Source of the DNA: the human T2T-CHM13v2.0 reference genome, Homo sapiens
Direction: 5' to 3' (one strand)
DNA: 64,000 nucleotides
Assembly (NCBI RefSeq): GCF_009914755.1
Contig: NC_060939.1
How positions within the stretch are numbered: the first letter of the stretch is position 1; each line of letters starts with the position of its first letter. This document shows, one piece after another, positions 1 to 15,715 of the stretch. The position numbers were made by a program, and so were the translations under genes. The notes under the pieces were generated by a model, which was given only the letters and a program-made list of their open reading frames with translations, did no database searches and was not told the DNA's origin.

Positions 1-322
<322 letters not shown>

Positions 323-528
323 TGAACACTTTCTTTCTGGTGCAACGTGATGTTCCAGATTCATCTTCCATTGTTCCTGACCCAAACTTACAATCAGTAA
401 TTTCTTCAAAGAGCCCTGGTTTCTTTTAGTGAAGAACGGGATATAGAAACCAAGATCTGGATGTTACATGTGCCATTGCTACTAAATTGTCACTGCATCT
501 AGACCCTCTCAGCACAATAAGGAAAAAT

Positions 529-1172
<644 letters not shown>

Positions 1173-1300
1173 TCACACAGCTGTAACTGTTTCTTCATCT
1201 CTCTCACTGTATATTAAATACCATGAGTTCACTCTGATACTTCCAATTCCAATAGAATATCACAGGGTTTATTCTTGCCTTCCCCTTTCCCATTATTGGC

Positions 1301-1625
<325 letters not shown>

Positions 1626-1685
1626 TAATGAACCTGATGTGTAACCTAAGTCCAGGCCCTTGGCCCTAGCAAAGGGGAAGAGGAG

Positions 1686-2051
1686 TGTCTTAGTCTATTT
1701 TGTGCTGCTATAACAGAATACCACAGACAGGGTGATTTATAAAGAACAGAAATGTAATTCTCACAGTTCTGAAGCCCAGGAAGTACAAGATCCAGGCACT
1801 TGCGTCTCGTATGTGTCTTACTGTGTCCTCACATGGTGGAAGTCAGAAGGGCAAGAGCGGATGAATTTTGAATCCTCACATGACAGTAGATCAGAAGAGG
1901 GTGAACCCACCCCCATACACCCTTTTCATAATGGCCTAATCCATCCATGACCTAGCCACCTTCCCAAAGGCCACACCTCCCAACACTGTTGCATTAGAGA
2001 TTAAGTTTCCAACACATGAATTTTGAAAGGGAACACATTAAAACCATAGCA
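1686..2051. mobile_element. MaLR solo LTR (MST/MLT1A-like)
   Basis: TG...CA termini, typical tgtcttagtc...gctataacagaataccacaga start, 5-bp TSD AGGAG at 1681-1685 and 2052-2056. Confidence 0.8.
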
Positions 2052-2457
2052 AGGAGAAAATAAAAAAAGGCCAGGTTGGTCTCAGACAGGCAAGCCCCAC
2101 CTTTCCTGGTGTCTCAGCACAAAGATGAGCCCTAAACATAACATGCCTATCTATTCCTCTCTCCTACGTTACAGACCCACATTTTCAGTGTTCTATAGGA
2201 CATCCCCGTAATTGTTCTGCTGACGTTTAGTTGAAAACACAACTTGTCTTTTCACCCCCTCTCTATTCTAATATTTTAAGTCAGTGGCAACACTTAGTAA
2301 AAACCTCAGTTGTCTTTGAAACATCTTACTGCATAATTCTGTACATACATGCTATTTCTTCGCTTACTGAGCGATCTGGGCCATATCTTCGCTTACTGAG
2401 CTGTCACACCCCTACCTCCAACCTTATCAGCTGGAGAACATGCACACATCAATAATC

Positions 2458-2830
2458 CAGATGCTCATTAACTTGTGATGGAATTATATCCAGATTAACT
2501 CATTGTGAGTTCAGGCTGAGCACAGTGGCACATGCTAATAATTGCATCGCTTTGGGAGGCTGAGGTGGATCACTTGAGGTCAGGAGTTCAAGACCAGCCT
2601 AAGTAACATACCAGGTCCTCATGTCAACAAAAATAATAAACAAACAAACAAATAATAAGTTGAAAATATTGTAAGTTGAAAATGCATTTAACATACCTAA
2701 CCTACCAATAAAAAAACAGAATGGCTGTATGGATACTTGAAGTATGATTTCTATTGACTGCATTTTGCTTTGGCATCATTGTAAAGCCCAAAAATCCTAA
2801 GTTGAACCATTGTAAGTCAAGACCATCTTT
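2458..2830 (+). mobile_element. MER47-like Tigger DNA transposon interrupted by an Alu monomer (FLAM, ~2514-2655)
   Basis: cagatgctc...aagttgaaaatgcatttaa...gtaagtcaagaccatct resembles recalled MER47 consensus. Confidence 0.7.
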
Positions 2831-3940
2831 ACATATTGATTAAATGTTTGCTGCTTGCCAAGCTTGATTCTAGATACAGGGGAAAAATAAGATACAGTTT
2901 TTAGGTCAAGTTTTAGCTCATTTATGAGATCTTTTTTGATGTCTACAGGTAGAACAACTCCTACCTCTTCATGTAACTCTTACCCATTACAGAAATTAAT
3001 CACAATATTTACATTTTTGTACCCATTTAGATGTCTGTCTCCTTCTGTGAAACTGTAAACACTGAAAAATGTGTTTTAACTTTGTATTCCCAACACCTAG
3101 CACAATGTCTGTTACCCAGTTGTGATTCAATGTTACAAGTAAACATTTATTTTGAGGATAGGGTAAAATCAGATATCTGCTGCCTCTTAAATAGCTTTCC
3201 AATCTATACCTTTTTAATACACCTGCTATATGTACAGTTAACACCTCCTTGCCATTGGTCGTTCTCCTCTCTAAATAATTTTTTATACTGTAGCCTTCCT
3301 AAAATTCATCATTTTGCTTAAAAGCCTTTAATGCCTCCTCATTGCTTTCCGATTCAAACCAAACTAGGCATAACATTCAAATCTCCTACTATTGAGCTCC
3401 AACATACCTCAACTTCATCTCCCACTTATCATATTTCACCCCCATGCTTTTCACATGACCAACTTCGCTACTTCCTAAATCCAGCTCCTCTCATGATTTT
3501 CCCTCATGCTGCAACGCTCCACTTCCTTTTTGTCCACATTTTTACTTGTCTTTCAAACAGCTTAAAGGTCATTCCTACTAAGCCTTTCTCTGATTTCCAA
3601 GTGTCCCTTTTTCTTACTCCTTTGCACTATTGTGTCAGTTGAACATTTTCACTTATATTATAGCTAATTATGCATATCTATCTCCTGAACTAGATTAGGA
3701 AATACTCTTAAGGCAGAAACCAATCCTAAATTTATCTTTAAATCCCGAGATTGGTATAATGCATTACATCCAATAGATACTCAAAAAATGCATTACCAAT
3801 TCAACAGAGGACAGGCAAGGTTTTGATAGGTGATAATAAATCCAAGTAGACACAGAATCATGTACAATAGCATGCAGGCAGGGACAAGAATAGCTAATGT
3901 GTGCAATGTTAAAGCCTGGCTAGAGCAGATGTTGCATTAA

Positions 3941-4338
<398 letters not shown>

Positions 4339-4821
4339 TCCAGTGCTGTATATTTCTAAATAAGCAAAATCTAGGATAGGGAGAATAGAAAATATTCCTT
4401 CTCCCCACACCCAAAAGAAACAGATTTTGAAGAAAAGGGAAGAAAGTCAACCCACTAATCACAGAATCTTTATAAGGGTTCTTCACTTTCAAAACAGCAA
4501 TAAATTTATACTCAGGCTTCCCTCCTACTTTCTTAAAGAATCAACCAGGCTATAGCTCATATATTGAAAGCAAACACATCTGCCAAGGCAAACTCTTGAC
4601 TGTTTAAATCTGTTTGATGAAGTAAGTAATCTAGAGATCCACCATCTTAGAAACACAGGTCTGGTTCTTGACTCTTTTCAGTAATTTTTGCCTGGCAGGG
4701 CAGATCCAAATCCCAGATAGATGCCTTGTAAATGTGTCTGCCATTATATACCTTGATAAGTAGTCTGGACATGAGTGAAGGGGACATGGCAACAGTAGAT
4801 GGATAAATGAAATGGATCCCC

Positions 4822-4827
4822 TTTATT
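4822..4827 (-). terminator. Candidate distal polyadenylation signal AATAAA
   Basis: tttatt on + strand, followed on the minus strand by a modestly GU-rich stretch. Confidence 0.45.
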
Positions 4828-5065
4828 TCTACATCTCAACAAGAAACTCAATAAATCTTAATATCAAATACGTTAAGGTTTGATTAAAAACTACTACATA
4901 CCAAACAAAAAAACAGAACAAAACAAAATACTACTATATACCTATAATGCATAGAAAACGTCTTAACATCTTTACAACATGCCCATTAGGAACTACAGAT
5001 GCAGTATGCTAATGAAAAGTTAAAGTTTTCTTTCCTCTCCCTCCCCTAAACCTGTTCATAGCATA

Positions 5066-5310
5066 TGTGATTTAAAAATATGTTCACAAATTCTTTCCAA
5101 ACTTCTCCCTTCAAGGGTGGAGCTTAAGTGTGGGCTTAGCGACTTACTAATCCTTCAGATGACTGCAGCCCTAGCCAAGAGCCTGACTGCAACTTCATGA
5201 GAGACCTGGACTTTTGACTTACAGAAACTGTGAGATAATGTTTGTTGTTTTAAGTAGCTAAGTTTTGGGATAATTTATTATTCAGCAAATTGGTTATAAC
5301 CAATATAGCA
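5066..5310. mobile_element. MLT1-type LTR fragment
   Basis: ccttcagatgactgcagcc...cagaaactgtgagataat...tgttgttttaag motifs. Confidence 0.6.
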
Positions 5311-6414
5311 CACAAACCTAGAATCCAAAAGTAGAAATGACTAAAAAAAAAAAATGAACATTTTAAATTAACTTTCTTCCCACTCTAACCACACTATTTT
5401 CTCAATGGGTTAACACCATCATTTACTCAGTATCTCAAATGAGAAACCCAGAAGCCATACTTTACTCTCCTTACCAACAACAAAACTGAGTTGTCATTTT
5501 TTTTTTTTTCCTTATACATCACTTGAGCCCACTCCTATTCTTGCTGCTTTAATTCTGGGCCATTGCCATTTTTCAGTTACTACAACACAGGCTCCCAACA
5601 TTTCTTCTTTCGCTTCCCAGCTCCATCGCATTCTCTAGACTAATGCCAACAAGAGCCCTTTTCAAATACATATCTGATCATGTCAGTTAATTAACCTTCA
5701 CTACTGGTTCCCACATTGCACAGGACAAAGTTCAAATGTCTTAGCACAGTGTTTCTGTCCCTATCCTGCAGTTTTCTCTCTCATCTCCCATGTTCATAGC
5801 CTATAATCTCTCCAACTTTCACCTTTTCATAGGCTGCTTAGTTTCACTTAGTTTCTTTGTGGAAGACCTTTAATTTTCCCTTATAAATCCTACTATTTTT
5901 AAAAGACTCAGCTCAAGTTCTATCTCAGAAAACCTTAACTACCAAGATCTGGTTAGATGACTTGCTTACTTTATCAAAGCACTTATCACATAAAGCAGTA
6001 TAGTGTCTTCCACTAGAATGTGATCTCCTGAAAAAAAAAATCTTTGATACCTACACATTCATGCATCTAACTAATATCTGCTAAGCAACTACATGACAGG
6101 CACTGTATTAGGTGTTTATTACTTAATGGTGAACAAAACAAATATGCCCCTGTCCTTGCAGAGCTTGTAATCTATAAGAAAAGAAAATCAAAGAAACAAA
6201 TAAATATGGTGAGATCTGAAAAAACAAGGCTATGAGAGAATAACTGTGGGGACCTACTTTGGAGTGCATGGCACATAGTTGCACTCACTTACTGAATTAA
6301 ACTGTTTTCAAAGAGGTGTGTATAAATTACACCTTCACTGCTGAGGTATAAATGGGCCAGGGTGATCACATCCTTGCTAGCCCTAAGTCTGATTTAAAAA
6401 AAAAAAAAAACTTG

Positions 6415-6598
<184 letters not shown>

Positions 6599-7328
6599 TA
6601 AAAATCAAGAAAAAGAACATAAAGCATATCAAATGTATGTTAAAAAAGGAGGCTTCACTAAGCACAAGCAAAAAACTACCTTTATATATGATGTTATTCA
6701 AATACATGGATAAGATAACACATTTTATGATGTAAAAAGTAATATTTAAAAATTAAAAGGCAAGTCTTTCTGGTATTCAGAAGTCTGAAGCAACCACTGT
6801 CCAGCTCTTTAAAAAGAGCACATTCCATTCTGGTGCACACAAATGTACATTAAAAATAAAATAAAAAAGTGTAAGAGTACATTTCAAGGGAATCCCTGCC
6901 TCTCCCTTGGCTCGCTGGCAAATGATTCACAACCAAAACATTTCTGGGATATGTGACTTAAGGAATAAAAAAACTCAGTGTTTTATAAAAGGGAATGGCA
7001 GGATGAGGAAATGATTTATCAAGATACAATTTTACTAATAATTACTTCTCAAATAACTTAAAAATGTTTTATAACAAAAAATCAAAATGAAACAAAACTT
7101 GGTAGTTGAATATAAGTATTTTCAACTGTTACAATACTTGAGGAGATTTTTCGGTCTAATTTCTCAGAAATTAGGCCAAAAGAATAGCTATTCTTTAACA
7201 CAGAATAGCTAAAAAATTTCAATGTGAAGCAATTATCTAGGATTACAAAACTTATATTTTACAAATGACATACATAATTTCTGAAAATTTTAGTGTAAGG
7301 GTTCTAAAGATTAAACAAGCCTGTCCTG

Positions 7329-7617
7329 TTTTTTTTTTTCTTTGAGACAGGGTCACACTCTGATACTCAAGCTGAGTTCTGTGGTGCGATCACAACTCAC
7401 TGTAGCCTTGACTTCTTGGGCTCAAGCAATTCTTCTGCCTCAGCCTTTTGAGTAGCTGGGACTACAGGCACACCCCACCACACCCGGCTAACTTTTTTAT
7501 TTGTAGAGATGAGGTCTGTGTTGCCCAGACTGGTCTCCAACCCCTGGACTCAAGTGATTCTCCCGCCTCGGCCTTGCGAAGTGCTGGAATTACAGGTGTG
7601 AGCCACCACGCCCGGCC
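7329..7617 (-). mobile_element. Alu (AluJ-like) in putative 3'UTR
   Basis: Poly(T) plus reverse-complement Alu. Confidence 0.9.
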
Positions 7618-7746
7618 CTGTCTGTAGTTTCTTAAGTCCAAATTTGCTACAGCAACATCAGTTGATTATGCCCTTTTCCAAATTCATCTGCAGGCCCGGA
7701 AAATTTAAATCAATCAGTATAGATGAGGATAAAAATAGCTTATGCT

Positions 7747-8148
<402 letters not shown>

Positions 8149-8826
8149 TCAGCTTGAATCTAGAGATAGAGGCATCTGTCATCAAACATGTTATACCACC
8201 AAATTTTTTCTTTTATTAAACAAACTGATGGTTGCCAAACAAGAAGTCAGTAATCTGACTTTTCAGAGGCAGGGAGTTTTTATTTTTGGCTTCTGTAATG
8301 GAATTTCACCAAGTTTTTAAAGGTATTAACTTTATTAACCTGTAACATTCATCATTTTAAAGGAGTATATAAAAACTGTCAAAATGGGTCAGAAACAAAG
8401 TTTGCGATGCTCATAATCATCTTCAGCAGTGGCAACATTTAACTTTTTGAGTCAGTCGCAACAGACTGGCAATATAACTAACACAATACATAACGATAAG
8501 TGTTGTTCTTGATAAAAAACCAAATTATTTTTCTATTTACAATTTTTAGAAAAGGTTTAATGTAAAAATATTTTTCTTCTTTATATATTTCCCTGCCATG
8601 ATAATGTTAAAACATATCAAGATCCTCCTCAAACTTTAAGGGTGAAAAGCATACCATTCCATTTTAGTTGAAATATTCCTTCACATAGCCAACACATTTT
8701 TTCAAGGCACTCTAGCTACTACAGGAAAAATGTTCCTCTTGCCTACTGATTATTTTCCCTCAAACTTATCTAAATTAAACACTGTTATAACTGGTTTTTT
8801 AAATTTAGTTTTCCATGGTACAGTCC

Positions 8827-8955
8827 TCAAGTTATTTTTCTTTTATGTGGAGCCACTCCTTCAGTTTCAACTTGCTGAGCAGGCAAGCAACTGCTTTTGG
8901 TTTCCATGGAAACTGGATTCCTGTGGCTGCGTGTAGGCATTCTCGTTCCACCAAT
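8827..8955 (-). CDS. ICE2: ICE2 exon 16 coding part (IGGTRMPTRSHRNPVSMETKSSCLPAQQVETEGVAPHKRKIT-stop)
   Basis: ctcttag|ATT acceptor; TGA at 8827-8829; total CDS 2949 nt = 982 aa. Confidence 0.93.
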   Translation of the reverse strand: MGGTRMPTRSHRNPVSMETKSSCLPAQQVETEGVAPHKRKIT

Positions 8956-9289
8956 CTAAGAGATGAAGCAGAGAACAGAATAGCTTAATGTATCTACAAC
9001 ATACCTATATACAGTCAACTCTGTAGTATTTATACATGTATTAACCACCTTGCAAATAAGCTCTTATATATTTTTCATCTCCAGCTAGCTGGCTGTTTCT
9101 AAACAAGTTTTAATCTGACACATTTTTAAGTACTAAACTTTCAAATAACCATCAGAGAAGTTGATAGATCTGAGTAGATGGGGAGCAAAGTGAATGGGGA
9201 AACTATTCTCTGTGTTAAATTTATTAGAGGTTGAAAAGATAAATTAGAAATCAAGGGAATGACAGGCCTTATGTGTGATGTGTTTGAAA

Positions 9290-9650
9290 TAATTAAACTG
9301 AAGGACAAGAAAAAGGAAGGAGTAATAGGGAGGGAGCGAAAGGAAATACAAGAAGGTCAGAGGTGGTAAACAGGGAGAAGAAATTACATGGACAAACAAG
9401 AAAGATAATAAGAAGGGTAGGGAAGATAAGGAAAGAAAATTGAGGAAAGAGATGAAGATTAAGAAAAAGGGAAGTAAAAAAAAAACAGTAAAAGTGTAAG
9501 GAAGTTTCAAGACAAGAACCCAAGTAGCAGGGAAATCCTGAAGGGCTGAAAGAGGAGAGCAAGAAAGAAATAAGAAAAGGGGAAGAAAAAACTGGAAGGG
9601 GGAATACAGAGGATGGGCAAAGGGGAAGAGGGGGATTAGAGTGGGGGAAG
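9290..9650. repeat. GA-rich (polypurine) low-complexity tract
   Basis: Strong purine bias on + strand. Confidence 0.85.
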
Positions 9651-9732
9651 GAACTTTGCTGTGGTTCTACCTTCAAGTCTACCCTTCCTTACCCTCACTT
9701 TCTAGCTCACACAGTCAAAGAGAGGTGGTCTA

Positions 9733-10027
9733 TTTTTTTTCTTTTGAGACAGAGTCTCGCTCTGTCACCCAGGCTGGAGGACAGTTGGCGCGATCTCTGC
9801 TCACTGCAACCTCCACCTCCTGGGTTCAAGCGATTCTCCTGACTCCAGACTCCTGAGCAGCTGGGATTACAGGTGTGTGTCACCATGCCTGGCTAACTTT
9901 TGTATTATTAGTAGAGATGGGGTTTCACCATGTTTAGGCTGGTCTGGAATTCCTGACCTCAAGTGATCTGCCCGCCTCAGCCTCCCACAGTGCTGGGATT
10001 ATGGGCATGAGCCACCGCGCCCAGCCA
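9733..10027 (-). mobile_element. Alu
   Basis: TSD aggtggtctatt on both sides. Confidence 0.92.
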
Positions 10028-11382
10028 AGGTGGTCTATTCTTAATACAGAATCCCTTGCTATGTAGTCATGTTAAAGATGTGATCTATAAAAACAGTAAT
10101 GGAGAAGGCCAATCTCACAGAGAAGGACCAAAGCTGTATAGCCTGAAACTATTTCCACAGAACCTGCCCATATCTGCCTTTATTTTCCCTGGCCACCTTG
10201 TTCTCCTCTATTTCTTCATATCCCGTCCAGTCAATTTCAGGCCTGGGACTGAAGGGTGATAGTGTAACTCCAAGCACTCTCTCTCATAATGCTAGCCCAA
10301 CAGAAATACTATTGGCATTTGCTCCAAGGGGTTACAGACTCACTGAAAAAGCTCGGACTCTGGCTTCCTTTATTTAATATCTACTGTCCCTTTAAAAAGC
10401 ATTTTTTTTTATTTACATTTACCTGACCAGAAAGGACAAATTGAGTACAGATTTGTCTGTGTGAATCTGATGAAATTTTGTAATATACTGATTAGAAAAG
10501 TGCTGCGACTTTTGGATGATCTATACCACTCCTCACTCAGCTGGTATTTCCTATAAAGGTATATTGACCACACTAATTCTATCTGTTAAAATTTTTGAGA
10601 AAAGCAAGCATTTTGAAAACCTCCACTGCAAGACTGTGTGTGTCTGAATGTGTAAAATAAATGTTTATTACAGAAGATGTAGAAAGAAAAAAGGGATAAG
10701 TGTGAAGCTGCTGCAAGAAAGACTGGAAGCAGAAGTCAAAAGTAGCCCAGGAAGCAAATGGGACCCTTAAATACAATCTCTACTTGATGCAGTAGGGAGG
10801 CAGATGCAGGCTCTACTGGCATATCTCTCAGGGTTAGTACCAAAGGCACTATACAAGGATGAGATCAGAGTTCAAGTGGACTCGTGACTATGGGATCACA
10901 TTAGAGGCAGAAACGTTTGAACAAATTTTTACACCATGAAAATATGCAGATGATTTCTATTTCATATAGGTCTTACTTCCCTGGTTTCCTGAAAGCTGTC
11001 ATCTTACCATTGCTGCTAAAACTAGAATCCATATTTGCACTTAGATTGGTTGGGACTAGAAGGCCCAATCCCATGGCCTAGCTAGGAGGTAGGGAAGAAG
11101 ATGGGGTAATTCCTATCAAACACAGGGCTAGATTGTGGGGAGGTGAGTAGATCACCAAAAACTTTCCACTGGCTTTCAAAAATATATCAAACCAACTATT
11201 AGTTATCTAATTGTCCACTGTACCTAATGCTGGGCTCTACAACAACCTGGGCCTGGATAATCTCGTTAAGTATTTGTTCCTGGACTCAATGCATGAAGCA
11301 CACTCCGTGATACACATGTAATTGAACTGTTGTAATTATGTGGCCAAATTGTGAACATATGGAATTTCTCCTTTTCCAAATA

Positions 11383-11753
11383 CAGTCACATTTTGGTCAA
11401 AATGAACTACATATACAACAGTGGTCCCAAAAGATTATAATGGAGCTGAAAAATTTCTATCATCTAGTGATGTCACAGCTGTTACAACATAACAGTGCAA
11501 TGTATTACCTTGTCTACGTTTAGATATCCAAATACCAGTGTATTACAACGGCATACAGTATTCAGTACAGCAACATGCTGTACAGGTCTGTAGACTACCT
11601 AACAGCAATAGGCTATACCATACGGCCTAAGTGTGTAGTAGACTACACCCTCTAGGTTTGTGTAAGTAAGCTTATGGTATTTAAACAAAGACAAAATTGC
11701 CTAGTGCTGCATTTCTCAGAATGTATCCCTGTCGTTAAGTGATACATGACTAC
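11383..11753. mobile_element. Tigger3/MER7-like DNA transposon
   Basis: gtggtcccaaaagattataatggagctgaaaaatt...catttctcagaatgtatccctgtcgttaag motifs. Confidence 0.7.
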
Positions 11754-12635
11754 AAATTGTGTTATTGTACTAAAGCACATTCTAGACATTATTTAAAAAA
11801 AATCAAATCATTAAAGTATTTCCAAAGCATAAAGCATTCAACACTATTTTAGTGTCAGTCTATATCAATAAGGAAAGTATATTACTCATTTTTTTAGAAA
11901 CACCTTGCACACACATAATACATTTTTCCTTTCACTTAAAGTTGTTCAATTCCAAGGTATTAAACTGTTCATTTTCACTAAAAAGGAATAAACCACTCCC
12001 ACACAGAATTACATGTTATAGGTGAGAGACTATAATCAGTGTTTCTAAATTAAAAGGAAATCATTCTCCTAGAAAAACACAGATCCTTCAAAAATAGTTC
12101 TTCAATTATTTTTGAGTTACTTAAGAAAATTTTTCCTTAGGTTATAAAAGTTACTACTTCTAGTAAACTGGAAACAGACAACCAAAACTGAAGATAAAAT
12201 AGCTTAAAATGCTAACAAGTAACTTTCTCCATTCTTTCACTTGTCCCAACTTAACATTTATATTTTCTTGGCCAAAGCTAAGTAGGAATGTACAAGGAGT
12301 TCTCATTTCTAAAAGGATACTCCCAAACAGTAACTTAGAGTGGAGAACTGAAAGACATAAACAAACAACCCTGTTTACTTTAAATTATTTAAAAATCCTC
12401 AGTATTTGCATTCCAGCTGTTTCTCATAAGGATTTGAGGACATTTACAGATTAATTCAGTATAGTACAGACAGTGAAAAGGAAGAATACACAAGTGATAG
12501 ATGCTCTGGGGCAACCATAATGAGAAGATAATGACTCAGACAATAATTCTGACTCAAAGACTTTTGGCAGTAAGTAAGGAAAATATACTGGATCGTGTCC
12601 TGAACACATTCAGAGTCATTTGTAGAGAGCAAAAC

Positions 12636-12953
<318 letters not shown>

Positions 12954-13649
12954 TAACAACTAAACTCGAACTGGAATTTCCTACACAATATACAGAATGA
13001 GTGACATAGCAGAGAATAACTCTAGCTATGGGTTTATAAGCTTCAGATAATGTCATTCAACTGTTACTTTTGGCAAGGGTTCTATAAAGAGAGTAATGTT
13101 AATTGTAATTCAGTAAATACTGAGTTACATAATACCTAGAAAGACACAATTTAGTCCTTGATACTTTAGGTATATTTTTAATTAGGCACTCTGTTCACAA
13201 ACTGCTATTACTTCTTTTTCCTCATCCTAATTAACAATGTTTAATTATATCATAATTTTATTACATGTACTCTTCCGCAAATTGCCTAAAATACTTAATG
13301 AAATGAAACCCAGTATATATAAATAAAAATTACAAAAAACCCCACAACTTTGCTTTTCATAGGAATATAAGGGTTTAACTACATGGATGCCTTACCCATA
13401 CACCCACTGTGCAAGCTAAGAGAGTTTTCTTTAGTTGACTTATAAATCTTGCAAAAATAAAAAAGTTCCACTACCACGAAGACTGGACTCACCATGGCAT
13501 ACAACTTTACCCTTCCTATGGATATAGCTTTTAGAATGGTGCTGTGATTAATATGACAATGAGAACATCAGGGTGAAATACGGTAAAGTCAGTGAAATAG
13601 ACGAATAATAAACAACCTAATGAACCTTTAATTTCAAAAAAGATCTTAC

Positions 13650-13908
13650 CTTTTGTTGTGTTGTGGTATCCAGTGATTTCGGTGGAAAAGTACAAGGTAT
13701 TCTTCCATGATGGATATGATATGGTAATAACAGGCTGGGATCTAATGGGACCCAGGGAACTGAGAGACTGGAAGGTACACCAGGAAGGCCGCAATGTGTT
13801 TTATACAAATTGTATGCTGTCCTAGTAACTTTTCCATCAGAGGCCTTATAAATCAGGAGTGAAGAATCTTCTGCTGCATGAGATAACAAGTAGGAACCCT
13901 CCTGCAAG
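13650..13908 (-). CDS. ICE2: ICE2 exon 15 (LQEGSYLLSHAAED...SLDTTTQQK)
   Basis: Within ORF 13617-13922; atttag|C acceptor, AAG|GTAAGA donor; 259 nt. Confidence 0.95.
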
Positions 13909-14429
13909 CTAAATTCACACAATGAAACTCAACCCACTGGCTCACTGTGTCAATTTCAACATCACTTTCTTAATCATAATCTATTAGTAAAATTGAAAAT
14001 TATGAGAAGATCACACCACCTCTAAAAATACTTTTATGACAAAATAAGATTTAAGAAATCTTTAAAACTATTTTTATGTTTTTTAGGCAACTAATTTTAA
14101 TTCTTATTCCAAAGTTCAGAATAGTTGATCATTTTCTTTTTACTTTTATAGCAATTCGTAAGTTTTCATTTAATGGGAAACAAACAGTGTGCCTAATTCT
14201 CTAATCCATAGATTAGATATTTATAGGTATCTATACTGAAAAGCATTCCTACAGCATTTTCATTCATTTAACACTGCAACTATTTTGTACCTAATAATAG
14301 ATAGATGACTAGATACAAAAGTGAAGGTGATATGTTTGCTACACTGAGTAGTTTAAAATAAAGTGGAAGAAACAGTCAATGGAACAATCACAGTACAACA
14401 TGAGGTGCTATGAGGATAACAGAAACAAT

Positions 14430-14660
14430 AGCAGCTAGCAGGTATTAAATGTTTATTATGAGCTAACTACTGTATTATGGCTTCAAATTTATTTTCTATT
14501 AGATCTTCCACAATAAACCTTCAAGGCATATTAATTTAGGGTGATAAATAAACAAATTAGAGATGCTAAGCAATTTGCCCAAAGTTGTGAGTGTAGGCTT
14601 AGATATAAACCCAGGCATTTGAACTCCACAGGCCATACCCTTAATCACGATCCTCTACTG
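14430..14660. mobile_element. MIR fragment
   Basis: Degenerate MIR core (aagcaatttgcccaaagt...aacccaggcatttgaactcc). Confidence 0.5.
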
Positions 14661-15225
14661 TAGCAATAACAAACTATGTTGAACATCAGATCCACATTTT
14701 TCCTTTCTCCTTATAAAGTTTTAAATAATTCAATGTATCATCTTAAAGAACTAAAGGGATATGAATAAATATATTGTGCTTTCTTAGGATTACACAGTCC
14801 TCTGGATCAAAGATGTTAAGGAGAACATCGGTTCTTTACAATATATTATGAAAAAATAAAGATTTATCATACTTTAGCTATACAGATTTGCCTATAAACC
14901 TAATCGGTTACATTTTCATCAATTTTTAAACTGAAAATAGGTGTTGACAATTGCTCTTATCCTCTGGAAATTTTTTTTCCCAATCATTTTCATATTTCCA
15001 TATAAAGAAATGAATTATTATGATAGTAGGAATAAATAACATTTCAAAGATTGAGTTTTAATCAATGAAAATCATATATCTTAACTACTTCCACTAAAAA
15101 TGGAGAAAGCTTTCATTTACAGAAGAATATATTAATATTTAATTCATGGAGAATGAGAGATACTCTAAGGAGGAGTATCTTACAAGTGCTGTACATGTCT
15201 AATGTACATAGATGAATATAAGCTA

Positions 15226-15715
15226 TGGTAGACAGAATAATGGCCTCCTAGAAATGTTTATGTTCCAAACCTGGAACCTATGAATATGTTACATGGCCAA
15301 AGGGAATTAAGGTAGCAGATGGAATTAAGGTTGCTAATCAACTGATTTTAAAATGATCAAATTTTACTAATCACAAGAGCCCTTAAATACAGAAGAAGAA
15401 GGCAGAAGAGACTCAAAGGGAGATGCGACTGTACAACTCCAGAGAGATGCGACTTAACTTGGCGTTGTAACTTTGAAGATGGAGGAAGGGAGCTACAAGC
15501 CAAGGGATGCAGGTGGCCTCTAGAAGCTACAAAAGGCAAGGACTAGATCCTTCCCAGAGCCTACAGAAAGGAATGTAGCTTTGCCAATGCCCTGATTTTA
15601 ACTCAGTGAACCCTGTTAGACCTCTGACTTGAGAACTGTAAAATAATAAATTTGTGTTGTTTTATAATCTTAATTTGTGGTAATTTGTTACAGCCACAAT
15701 ATAAAGCTAACACAC
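15226..15715. mobile_element. MLT1D-like MaLR LTR
   Basis: ggtagacagaataatggcc...gaactgtaaaataataaatttgtgttgtttt. Confidence 0.75.

Noticed and set aside
9244-9676. Hydrophobic F/L/S/P-rich ORFs resembling membrane peptides
   Set aside because: By-product of the pyrimidine-rich low-complexity tract
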